Of a stretch of DNA of 64,000 nucleotides, positions 41,077 through 53,750 are shown in pieces (positions within the stretch are counted from its first letter, which is position 1; every line of letters begins with the position of its first letter). The notes beneath the pieces were generated by a model. The model was not told where the DNA came from. It ran no database searches and was given only the letters and a program-made list of their open reading frames with translations. The stretch comes from Ylistrum balloti (lineage: Eukaryota), in assembly GCF_031769215.1 (NCBI RefSeq), contig NW_026782148.1, positions 682,001-746,000 on the forward strand, written 5' to 3'. A program made the translations under genes and the position numbers.

Positions 41077-41415
41077 TCATAATAAAACCCTGGAATATTT
41101 CGTAAACACGCAAGTCCTGATTGTGAAGCTCTCTATTATCATAAACCATGGAATATTTGGTAAACACGCGAGTCCTGAGTGTAAAGCTCTCTATTATCAT
41201 AAAACCATGGAATATTTGGTAAACACGCGAGTCCTGATTGTGAAGCTCTCTGTTATCCTAATAAAACCCTGGAATATTTGGTATACACGCGAGTCCTGAT
41301 TGTGAAGCTCTCTATTATCATAAAACCATGGAATATTTGGTAAACACGCGAGTCCTGAGTGTAAAGCTCTCTGTTATCATAAAACCACGAAATGTGAAGC
41401 TCTCTATTATGATAA
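41077..41415. repeat. Tandem repeat, ~59-62 bp unit, ~5.5 copies
   Basis: taaaaccatggaatatttggtaaacacgcgagtcctga(g/t)tgt(a/g)aagctctctattatca repeated. Confidence 0.9.
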
Positions 41416-41823
41416 TGAAACTATGGGCTCCAATAACAACCTCGTACCTAGACTATTTCGTTTGAATATGTATAATCGAATGCTACTTAATTGCCTGGAA
41501 ACTTCAGTTGCTTTTATACATCAAGGAAATTCGTTCATCAGTAGCAGTGCTGATGGAAGTCGATAAGGTTTTTTTTTTTTATAGAATCTTGATACAAACG
41601 ATGTTTCATCTTTTATGCTGTTGTTTCTACTGTTGTAGTGCCGTGGTCTTACATTATCGGTGTTGTTCATCTTTTAAATTTGGAGCTTTTCAACTCGTGA
41701 GCTTATATATTTCTAAGTGCCGTTAAAGCTTGGTTAGGAATGGAAAAAATGTTCCTGGTAGTCGACGAAATTTCCAGAGCAGCAACAACAGTAACGACAA
41801 TTATCATTTTTTTCATTCAAAAC

Positions 41824-44800
41824 TTATGCTAGAACGTATATTTCAACCTCACACATACAATAATAAGATTGTACAAGTTTCGAGAGTTTTACATAACGTC
41901 CATAAATTGGCGTCTGGCATGTAAACGTTTCAAATCTCATCACGGAGTATGTGGGACCGGTGTTGTAACAATGTGAGAAAGGACCACCGACATCCAAGGC
42001 AACATCGATACTGACATTTACCAGAGTCATCCCTGAAAGTACACAAAACAAATTGGGATCCTTAAATACCAGAATATTGACATCACCAACGACATATATG
42101 AAACATAATACAAGACCACGCTCATTCTCGACTGTTAATGCAACATAAACACTTATCACTGTATTATCATAAATAAATAAGTCCTTCAGCTGTAACTGCA
42201 TTCCTGATGATAATCCTTGTATCGATGACTCACAGATTCAAGGACAAACAGATAAACAAGTTTTCAGACTCACGGACAGACAGATTAACAAAAAAGTACT
42301 CACACTCACGGACAGACAGATAAACAAACAAGTTATCAGACTCACGGACAGACATATGAACATACAAGTTCTCAGACTCACGGACAGACAGATAAACAAA
42401 CAAGTTCTCAGATTCACGGACAGACAGATAAACAAGTTTTCAGACTCACGGACAGACAGATTAACAAAAAAGTACTCACACTCACGGTCAGACAGATAAA
42501 CATACAAGTTCTCAGACTCACGGACAGACAGATAAACAAACAAGTTCTCCGCCTCACGGACAGACAGATAAACAAGTTTTCAGACTCACGGACAGACAGA
42601 TAAACAAACAAGTTCTCCGCCTCACGGACAGACAGATAAACAAACAAGTTCTCAATAATACGTGAAATGAAGTACATAAATAAGGAAGGGAAGGTTGACT
42701 TCGAAAACTAGAACGCAAACAAAATACCTAAAACATTTTCAGTTGAAAGATTTGTTATCATAGACAAAAATGTGGAAAAGATAACTGAACAAGTTTTATG
42801 GAATGTGTAACAAGAACTGTACTAGGGTCATCTTTCACGCGTTTTATACAAATAACTTTCTATCTGGGAAATGAATATCACTTATATGATTTTAGTAATG
42901 ACAGCTCCTCCTGCATGGGTATTTTGTCAGTGTCAATGGCTCCATAGACTATTTAAATATATAGAAATTGTACTAGCTCCATTAAGACAATGGTTTTTTC
43001 TGAAGTACTGTTCTGTAAATGGTGCTGTTTCGACTGTTTCTTTCTACTTGCGAAACTTTGAATCTTTGAAAAATCTTTACAATAGTTTATCGATCATTTT
43101 ATAAAACAGCTACATCAGGAAGATAAATGTCGCACCAAATATATCATCCTGCCTCTTCAGCACGGCTACGTCTGTCACTAGATAGGTATCCAAAAGGTCA
43201 ACCCGCCACCATTCCAAGGTCGTCTTCCCCGTGCACGAACAGGAATCGTCCGGTTGGAAAGCGACGGGATATCTGCTTCCGTCCACGGCCTTGGAAGCGA
43301 CGTATGATCCTTGGAAAGGCGGAAAGGTGGATGACTGAACCGCTGGTTTTCCTTTAGCAACATTACCATATATACCTGTATAATGGATCGTCATAGTGTC
43401 ATCATAATAGACCTTTCTATAGGGAATAAAACTTCATTATACAGGGTATAAAACGTTATTGTAGTTAAGGGCTATGAAATCATTCACCCCGTTTGACATA
43501 ACGATTCTATACCAAATGATAAACGAAGCCGATCTCAAGCCATAGAACTATCAAATAAAGAAAGGGCCCTGTGATCATTATATAAGTACATTAAGTGAAT
43601 TTTACACAGCTCTATGAATAACACGATTGATTTACCAATGTTTCAAATTAACAGGAAGTACATCACAACTCAGGTTACGTAATGTTTAAAATTTACAGAT
43701 TGCTGATGTTTACCTGACAAACAATGATTAATTATTATGCATGATATAAAGCTACTGTACAATTGATTGTAGCAGTGAACAAATATTCTAAAAATAGACT
43801 GGCGATTCCGTAAACACGACGGTATTGTATTCGTCACTTAGTAATGATTTTCCTTTAAAACTCTCACCCGACCCCTTCTACTGCTAAACAAGTATGTGAA
43901 ACACTGTACTAAACTTTTTTCCCCATAAAAAAGATCCGGTAACAACTAATTTAAATTAAATGTTTATTTCATTGAGTAGTTCATCTGAAAGTGAATTAGA
44001 TATTCCAATATTAAAGTAAAAACTAGGGGAAAAATGTAAAATAGTTGTATTTTTAAATAAATACGAAATGAAAATCTAGACAATTACATGAATTTCGTTG
44101 TAATATAAACGGAGGTCATGGGAAAGGTAGAGAGAGAATAAGATCAGAGGTGTCCCGGAATCGTTTTTCACTTCATTGACTATGGTAGCCATGTAAGTAT
44201 AGGTAACTGACGCTTTCTTAAATAGGCAAACTAAACGCTTCCCATAGCTCACAAATATGAAGAAAAATCTCATCCAATGTACGCATGTACATAAAACCTG
44301 TCATTTTTTACCACTGAACTAAAACTATGTTTAATCACATCTATTGCAATAAATAAACCAACAAAATCACTTACTGGAAAATTAAGGAAAAGTTATATCA
44401 ATCATCTCCTGTTAAGGTAATGAACCTCACGAAAAAATGCTAGAATAAGATCAGGTGCTCAGGATAAAGGAATTCAACCTCTCGTTTTGTTTTCCATTGA
44501 ATTTTTCAGCCAATTTTTTCACTTGCCGAAGGACCAAATGAATACCAATTAATTAATTAATTTGCTTATATAGAGCTCTGAAGGTAACATCAACCGAACG
44601 ATGAATGGTTCAGGCAACTCGGTCGATATCACGATCCTCTGCTGACGTTGACACATCTTTAATTGTATAAATGCAAATTAAAACTAGTTTTAATGTTATT
44701 TATACAGGCTGATTGTGATTATATACAAGGATTAAATTATTAGCGGAAGGAGGTAATTTGGGGGTGGAGCAAGGTGGCCCAACTGTCGCCCGTGCGCACT

Positions 44801-45113
44801 AATTCGTTGGCTAATTTTAGACCGCTATAAATATAAATGACGCAGCATTTTCTATTCAGAAGCTGACAGCAGAATATGGCGGAACAAGGTTCGTACGGTC
44901 AAGGCCAGTTTATTTAATTTATATTAGTCTATTTATATCATTGGTAAACTAAAACATTTTCATTCAATTTTAGCCCACCACCATCCCCTACTTTCCTCCT
45001 TTCTTTTCTTGAGCCTTTATATATTGTTCATTTCTTTTAAATTGTTCCAGACTTGGATGATGAGAATTTTTCATTAGTTTCAATTTTCCATCAAATATGA
45101 ATAGGAAGTGTCC

Positions 45114-45153
<40 letters not shown>

Positions 45154-48100
45154 CCAAGCGTTTATGCTATGTACATGACTCGTCATATCCGCTGTGTTAA
45201 GTTTGTAATTTCATAAAGTCATTACCTAAGCCTGAGTTGTTGATTAGGTCATTTAGAGATGTATATATATATATATGTCTCTGGGTTACTGAACTTGTAC
45301 CATTCAATAATTCACAATTAATGTTAAATTGTCTACCCTTTAGTATAACATCCAGGTATGTCATGTTCTTGTTATATGCTGTAAAGTTTTCCTTCATATC
45401 TGATAAATTTGTACAATGTTTGTTTTCTTGACTTGTATTAACTGTATTGCTTTATGTTTATGTATGGTGATGATGAGCCCCATCTAAGACTTGTTTATTA
45501 AATTTAAATGATAAACTTTGAACCAAATAACAAATGTCGTTTACTAAAATAAACGCCCACATCTTTAATTGTATAATTACTATTTACACTCAATTATCAC
45601 CAAGCCAACACAAGTAACGTTATCACCGGAAATAGTCTACGATATACTAACTATAAAAACCCGATCTTAAACTAAAAACGGAACATATATGCAGGCACTT
45701 ATAACACATGGTCAGTGTTGGAATTGCTAAGTTGTCTCAACACTCATGACCACCCAAACATCACTGACGATTCTAGGAAGGACAAAACAGCTATATGATG
45801 CAGTTATTAATTTCGGGAAAGGTATCACTATTAAGCAACCATGCATATATCTTTCCTTCATATTTTGCTAAAGTTTAGAGGATGTTCAAATTGTGTTTTA
45901 TTTCCAAATTGGTAATGCCTAAGACTGATATCAGAATAATGATGTTATCAATATATACTGTACTAGCTCTGTGTAACATACAAAATGCATGTTCTTTTTA
46001 TCTTATTCAAAATACAAAATAGAAAACACGATTCAGCGTTGAACGAAGGGTTTTATGAAAGCTAGACTGTTCCGTGGTATACATTTTTTGTATTCAACTA
46101 CACATACAAGAAAAGATGGAGATAACCATTCCAAATATATATCTATTAAATTTACGAATCACGAACTCGAAATGAAAATAGATGCAATGAATAAAAACTC
46201 ATTATAACGAACGATTTCTGTAATGATGCAATTTACATTTATTAATAAATACATCGACACACTTAACAATTTACTCTGAGCTCATCACTTCCGCTAATTA
46301 CCTATTAATATTTAACTGACGTCCTAACTAATACTGGATTTTGTCATATTTAAAAAAGATTTCCAGAGTTCGGTGACGGGGTATAAAACATCAACCTTAA
46401 AACATAAAGAAAAAACACTCTGTTCCATTTGTCTAATAATTCCTAGCATTTTAACTTGGGGCGACATGGTGATGTCATTTTTGTTTTAATTTACATATTG
46501 TCAATTACTCATGATGAGGTCTTGTAGTGGTAAAAAGGTCAGACATTACATATATAACTACATTCGTGACAGAAACACATATTGAGGCATGCTATTAAAC
46601 CGTTTCATTGAAGATCACTCTCGTTTATAAATGATAGTCTGTTGATATCACGACATCATGTTTTTTTTTAAAGTACTGTATTTGCGCTACAGAGAATTTT
46701 GATTTGAAAAGCTGGTACTGTATATAGAGCTATGCAAATGTGTTAACGTTTAATAGTCTCAATCTCCATCATGATTCTATATATGTGTTTAAAACCCTTA
46801 AAAAGAACTAGAAATGAGGTTTTGAAATGAAAACGTATTACATGTGATAAAGTCGGACGTTTTTTATGAGGGATATTTTGTTTCTTTTCTTTTTGTAGTA
46901 TGGCATGTCTAATGTGAATAACGAATGATACAGGTCAAGAGGACTGATGAAAAAAATCGTTATTACCTCTCAATTCATAATATCGCATATTGTCGGCTAG
47001 CGAAGTCGGGGACAGGTCGTTCAGTCTCGTGTTCCATCCAATGCATTGCCCATCCTTGTAAAACATAGATATACAATCGGTGTGGTGATAGCACTCCAGT
47101 GCACACGAGGCGAGACTTGACACGATGAAGTTCCACTTTATTCCGTCTTCAGGTAATTTACTATCGTACCCTCTGTCGAGGTGGAAAAAGTTCTGTCGGA
47201 ATTCTGTGATGAAATGCATTAATTATATAAATGTATATCAATTGATCCTGTGTGCAAACATACTTTTTAACATAAGGAATTTGCAATAATTTTGCGTAGA
47301 AAATAAGCAATTCTTCATATCATTATATTCGGAGAGTGTAAAAAAATGTCTTATAAATTAGAAAGTCATAACAAAGTGGCGGGGTAAAACGAGGTTTCGA
47401 AAAGTCACGTGATGAACGTGGTAGACTGCGAAAGTCATAACAAAGTGGCGGGTTAAAACGAGGTTTCGAAAAGTCACGTGATGAACGTGGTAGACTGCAT
47501 AACAACGAGTGCCGACCAATTTCAGCTTGAAGCTGATATCATTCCAATTTTCTCAGAAAGCTCTGTAATTTTGTGAACAGTCTTATCTTAAATATATCCA
47601 CTTGCCCGAAATCAAACGCATGGGGAAAATAATCTAAAATCTAACCCTTTAGTCCCTTTCAATAAGACTCTTTTAAACACAAAGTTAGAACAGCAATAAG
47701 TCTACTATGGTTACAGCTATTTTACTAATGTTATTACTTGGTTATGATTTTGAAACAAATCCGGGACCTTGTGCTTTTAGTGGAATTTCTTTTTTCCCAT
47801 TTAGATAGCAGAAACATTCGTAATAAGCTCTCGGCTATCGAAACTATTGTCCATGATTATCACGTAGTGTCTATCACAGAGCCTCATTTGGATTACACTG
47901 TGGATAATTCTGACCTGTTACTGGAAGGATTTTCCGAGCCTCACGTGCTTGACAGGAACTGTTTTAGGGGTGGGGTATCCGTTTATAGTAAACGATGTAC
48001 ATTTCAAACGTGGAAATGATTTAGAATTTATCAGTGGTGAAGTTATCTGGATGGAAAACAACATAAGTAACAGAACTTATCTAATCTGCACTGTATACCG

Positions 48101-49698
48101 TCCTGAAGGTGATATTACACCTTTTTGGGACAACTTTCAATATTCAATAGAAAAAGCATTTACTCAGTGATATTATTATGGTGACAAACGATATGCTAAC
48201 AGTATAAATCATAAAATCAATGGATTTATTGTTAACTAATGTTATCGTGTGTCACGGACACTACCCGTACTCTAATTGGTCCTATATTCATTAGTATGTG
48301 TTTGTTTGTTTGAATCGTCAGTTATCCTATTGATAAAAATATCGGTGATCACTCGGCTACACTTTTAAATCTTAAGTCTCCGGGAATAATGAGAGAAAAT
48401 TTCAACATGAAGTTATGATCGATAAAAATGTCAATTCGCCTTTCTTAAAATCACCAAATGAAGCATATGATATTTTTACTTCCGAATTAACGGAGTTTGC
48501 AAATATGTGTACCCTCCCCCCCACTCCCCCCGGCTCATGCCAGGTAGTTCTGTTCGGCAACCTAGGATAGCGGCGTCGCAACACTTCCAGGTGCGAAAAT
48601 AGATTAGAAACACAGACAGTAACAAAGGACGAAACACATGACATTGTAAAGCAATAGAATTGAATAAGGCATCTGGATATGATAAAATTAGCCACAATAT
48701 GTTTAGAACACTATTGAGACAGTCTGTGAACCTCTTAAAATATTATTTAATCTATCTCTAAATCAGTGTTTCCCCAACAATGGAAACCTGCAGTGGTTAT
48801 GCCTTTATTTCAAAAGAATGAACTTTTTTACAGGTACATTACAGCCGATTTCATTTTTTAGTTCTGTTAGTAAAGTCTTCGAAAGGGCTGTGTATAAACA
48901 TTTACATAATTTTCCAATAACCTTTTATATAAATATCAATCATGTTTTGTTCTTTGTCACTCTACTGTATATCAGCTAATTGAGATATATGATAATTTAT
49001 GCTTAGAATTAGATAGTAAACCCCAGACATGTATGGTATTTTTCGACATTTCCAAAAGCTTTCGACAGAGTCTAGCAAAAGGATCTGCGGACAAAAATAC
49101 ATTGTAATGGTATCCAGGGCAGTCATCTACATTGGCTAAAAGATTATTTGAGTGGTAACAAACAAAAAGTTTTTCATTAGAGAAGCATGTTCATCAGTAA
49201 GTGACAATAATGCCGGAGATCCACAAGGGTCAATACCAAAGGCCACTTTTGTTTCTAATCTTAAGTGACATATCAGACAACTTGTATTCTCTAGCTAGAA
49301 TGTTTGCTTATGACACTTCTGTCGCCTATTCTTTTAATAACTGTTTAGAAAAAGAACATTTTGGTACGTTTAAAATTTAACAAAAAAGACCCAAAACTTT
49401 TCACAAAATACAATATCAGTATATCTGAACAAAAAATATATCTCTTTTGTTCATGCCTTTTTTGATACATTACCTTGAAGGTTCTATTAATGTAGAGGAA
49501 AACTTGAAGTCGGAAGAAGTTTTAAGATATTGAAAGGAAACGGTAAAACGTTACTTGTATGATTCTGTGCTTGTCATTTACGTGTTTTAAAAAATGAGAT
49601 AGCAAAGCACTTTTTCAAATCCGCTTACCTGTCAGAGCTAATGAAGCACAGAACACTCCTAGCATGTACATGCTTTGAAGAATACGTACGCACTCCAT
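41824..49698 (-). CDS. PAN/apple + F-type lectin (fucolectin-like) secreted protein, paralogue B, ~251 aa
   Basis: Exons 49629-49698 (MECVRILQSMYMLGVFCASLALT), 46967-47203 (PAN: SLASCALECYHHTDCISMFYKDGQCIGW), 43136-43375 (NVAKGKPAVQSS...ASKAVDG...SCSCT...WWRVDL...KRQDD) and 41824-42032 (FTCQTPIYGRYVKL...YCMCEVEIYVLA*). Exons 2-4 have the same lengths as paralogue A (237/240/209 nt) and all junctions are phase 1. Confidence 0.92.
42229..42655. repeat. 32/36-bp minisatellite, ~12 copies, in intron 3 of paralogue B
   Basis: ctcacggacagacagataaac(aaac)aagttctcaga repeats with recurring variant order; explains ORFs 42238..42543 and 42414..42677. Confidence 0.9.
45117..45150. repeat. (AT)17 microsatellite
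   Basis: Direct reading of the sequence. Confidence 0.95.
47361..47498. repeat. 69-bp near-perfect tandem duplication
   Basis: gaaagtcataacaaagtggcggg(g/t)taaaacgaggtttcgaaaagtcacgtgatgaacgtggtagactgc at 47361 and 47430, one mismatch. Confidence 0.92.
47735..49330 (+). mobile_element. Decayed CR1-type LINE (APE endonuclease + RT) antisense in intron 1 of paralogue B
   Basis: Endonuclease-like SRNIRNKL...VVSITEPHL...DRNCFRGGVSVY...LICTVYRP; RT-like KASGYDKISH, WKPAVVMPLF, VFFDISK, NAGDPQGS and MFAYDTS, with many stops and frameshifts. Confidence 0.82.
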
Positions 49699-51699
49699 GA
49701 TTGTATCGTTATACATTAGCTCGAAATCGCTATTTCAGGCTTGTCAAAGAGCATTCAGCCGTAGAACCAAATTCCACTAAAGCTGTATTTAAATTTGTCC
49801 CTGTGTTTGCAATAGCTCGGCTCGATATAATGAACTTGCGCACACTCAGATTTCCATTACCCCAGAATCATTGATACGATGTCCGGTGTACAAGCACCTG
49901 GAGCTGTACAGAAGTGTATCACAGTGTCAATATCGTGTACCGTTAAAGGACTTTTACGCTGAGACTTTTTTGCTCGACTCTCTTAAATGAATTCAGTATG
50001 TTCAAACTACTAACAATTTAAACAGCGCGTGGAAATTCCGGCAACCTTATTTATTTCCGAAGAATGCCGGAAACTCGGAATGTTGCGATTGGTGGAATTA
50101 AAACAATTGCACTCGGGTGTTTCCGTCGAACGATGCAGGCGAAAGATGCAAGGATCTTGTTACCGAACACACCAACATGCGCACTAGGCAAAAGCAGAGA
50201 TATATCCTTAGACTCTTTGCTTTTTAATTATATACTACTATCCCAATTCATCCCAATAATTTTAGACTTGGAAGCACATATAGCAGTTGAGCAGATTAAA
50301 CATGTCAGGTAGATATTGAAATGCTAAGTTTTGTTTTCGTATAAATCCGAGTTAAATGTTCACGGTTTCTGTAAAGAACAGCTTGGGATTTACAAGAACT
50401 TGTCGTCATGTAACTGAAGAGTGGAATTTCTTTTGTAATGTAGCATAATCACAACAATATTGATGTCCTTCAAAAAAATCTTTGCCATGAAACTGCCTCT
50501 TATTAAATAGCTACATACAAGTCGATATATAATGGAAATGTTGTATGCAGTATTGTTGGTTTAATGGATTTGTTGCAAATATCACCGATCGATGTGTTGC
50601 CAACACTGCGGGGTATGTATTACCAATGACGGATAATGCTATGTAATCTAAAAATCAAAAATGCTTTTGAATAGGTACTGTTACAGTACACAAGCTTCTG
50701 TCCTTACTATTTCATGAGATAATGGCAAGGATAAGGACTAAATCATAAGTTTGTTTTGTCAGTTCATAAAACATTTGTTCACAATCACAATGCCGATTTA
50801 CCAGTCGGATGTAAGAAAAATGAACTTCACGTGATCGTGTGGTAACTATAAAAAGGTCAAGCACAGGCATTTCTATTTCCGTCCGCTGAGTGTCCGAAAG
50901 GCTGTAATAATGGACGTAAAACCTGTCAGATAAATAGCCAATAACGTCACTTCAAATCCCTTTTCCCTTCTTTTTTTCTATGGAAAGCTATCTTGTATTT
51001 AGGGGGAAATTATGAGGATCGATAATTATAATTTAATTAATCAAAAAATGGAATAATGTACTAATGGATTTAATTATAGGTTTGATTCATTATTAATTAC
51101 CACCATCATATCAACTTTCACAAAACGCACTCATCCGTGTGCTTTCTTATTGATTGTTTTTCGGATTAAAATATTGGTTTAGTTAAAGTATGTGCTAAAC
51201 AAGGAATGGGAATGTTCACTTGGTTTAATTATTTTATTCAACTCCCATATTGATATGATCAGTTGAATCCGAAACACATTGCAGACAATTTACCTTTTGT
51301 TATGCATAGGTTAACTAGGTTAGGTGATTTATTCATTGTGTCTAAACACAAAATGGTACGGCGGGTTTCAAAATTGGTCACACCATACATATCTTAATGC
51401 TTATAGTTTGCTGTTCATGACTTTCAATGAGGATCTGGTGACTATGAGCACATTTGATAAAAGCCTGGTGATCAACAAAGTTACCAGGGCAAATGTCTTG
51501 GAACCGTCTTCAGGTATAATCAAACGATCACTGCTGCAGACTTTTCCATCCATCTGAAGGGGGTGCAGGTCGCCCACTCACGTCGCCAGAACACTGACAT
51601 TCGTCGGTGAGACATACCCGAACACGGGAGGAGTCGCGGAGACGAAAAACCTGTGTACCAACAGAGACGTATATATCATGATATATACGTCTCTGGTAC

Positions 51700-53750
51700 C
51701 AACTAACAAACCAACCAAAGTTACAGCATGCTTTTAATATCTACATAAGCCCAAGTATCACATTGGAGAAATCAGACATAGAAAAAAGCATTAATGGATA
51801 TCATAATTTCATAATATCTGGGGACTTTAACGCTTCAAGCAATTCATGGGGTAGAAATAAAACAAATAAAAGAGGGTGTCTTATAGAAAATTGGATATCT
51901 GATAACGACATCACTGTACGTAACGACCCTGAATTGGCAACAACGGTCGATATAATAACTGAAAAAATATCAAATCTAGATCTTACATTAGCGTCACCGG
52001 AAATACCACTCTCAACACATGTACTTCTAGCAACAGCACACTGGGATCAAATCACTACCCTACATTCAATGGATTTTCGATAAGGTTGATAGGAACGAAT
52101 TTCCAAATGTATGTACTAAAGTAAATAAACACTCCATCAAAAATGATAATGTAGATACATATACAACAACTCTTACAAACACAATCATAGATATAGAACA
52201 CAGTATACCCCGTGTAACCTATACCAACATAAACCGCATTGTTTTGGACTTCATTAACACTATTCGTGAGACAGGAAATTACCAAGAATTATGGAACAGG
52301 GCTACTGTTATTCCTGAATCCGGGTAAGGAAAAGGAAGATCCGGCATCATATAGACCAATATCCTTAACATCCCACCGTAGAAATAATAATAAATAATAG
52401 ATGAAAGCACTACCTTACCACCCATAACGTAATAAGGCAAAATGAAAGCGGTTTCCGGAATTATGATCCGCCTTTGATTCATAAGTAAGGCTATCTTTTG
52501 AAATTAAAAACTCCTTACGTAAAAATTACCATACTTTGGCAGAATTTTAGATTTAGAAAGGCTTATGACATGGTTTGGCATGAGGATCTCTTGCTTTTAT
52601 TAAAAAGTAGGAATTACAGGAAATATGTTGAAATTCATAAGAAACTTTTTAAAAGATAGCAAAACACAGTGAAGAATCCGATTAATTAACCTTAGAGAAT
52701 TGAGTCCCACATGATAGTATGATATCTCCTACCTTGTTCAACGTATATATATAAACAAATTAGATAAAGAAATAAACAAAATCTAGGGAAGACAGGACAG
52801 TTCGCCAATGACACCAGTATTTGGCACACAAATAAAGTTACACCATACAATGGTACAATAACACAGAGAACATTAGATACCCTACAGGAATGGGCTGATA
52901 AGTGAGGTTTTAAAATTTCAAAAGGCACTACCGTACCTATGTCATTTTCAAGAACGGCCAAAACACCAGAGCTCTACTTAGGCAACCAAAACATCAAATT
53001 TATTTTTAAAACACTATATTTAGGAATGATATTTGACCGAAAATTAGACTGGGCACCCCATATAGATAGCATTAAAGGAAATTGAAATTGAGCTCGAAGT
53101 ACAATGATTAACGCTCGGGAAACAGACTTGGTACAAATAAAGTAAACTTTTTAAATATATACAGTGCATTTATTAGGTCAAAAATAGATTATGAATGTCA
53201 AATTTATACCTCGGCCTCAGATAACGCGAAAACACTAGTTATAATACAACACAAAGCATTAAGAATAGCAACAGGGGCAATAAAAACACACCCATCATAA
53301 GTCTACATGCGGAAACTGGTGAAATACCATTTAAACTTAGGAGAGAAAAAAAACTAAGAACATTAAATATAGAGATAAACTAAAACAACACGATTAACCA
53401 CCATATAACCATGTAACAAACCAACTTCTTGTCGAACACACTTTAGACCAAGTTAAAATTAAAGAAATTATTCCAATCTCACTCCGTCCTGGAAATAAGA
53501 CACTCCGGAAATTAGCAGCGAAATTTTAGACAAAACCAACAAAAGGCATATCACCAGATTGTACGCGTTATAAAACGGCAGAGACAATTGATTGTATTTT
53601 TATGTATTGCAAGAGACTCGATCAGGAAAGAAAGGATCTCATTGCCAAATTCAAAAGAATAAGAATCCAATGATACATTCACCAGCTAGGTTTCAACATC
53701 AAGTCACATGTCACTAGTGCATATATCGACTACTTATATAAAATATAAAC
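51700..53750 (+). mobile_element. Decayed I/Nimb/Jockey-group LINE (endonuclease + RT)
   Basis: IISGDFNASSNSWGRNKTNKRG...NLDLTLASP (endonuclease); YRPISLTS, FLDLEKAYDMVWH, FANDTSIW (degenerate FADD), YLGMIFDRKLDW, ALRIATGA...SLHAETGEIP in shifting frames. Confidence 0.8.

Noticed and set aside
42238-42677. Repetitive LFICLSV membrane-like ORFs
   Set aside because: Products of an intronic 32/36-bp minisatellite with frame-shifting unit lengths.
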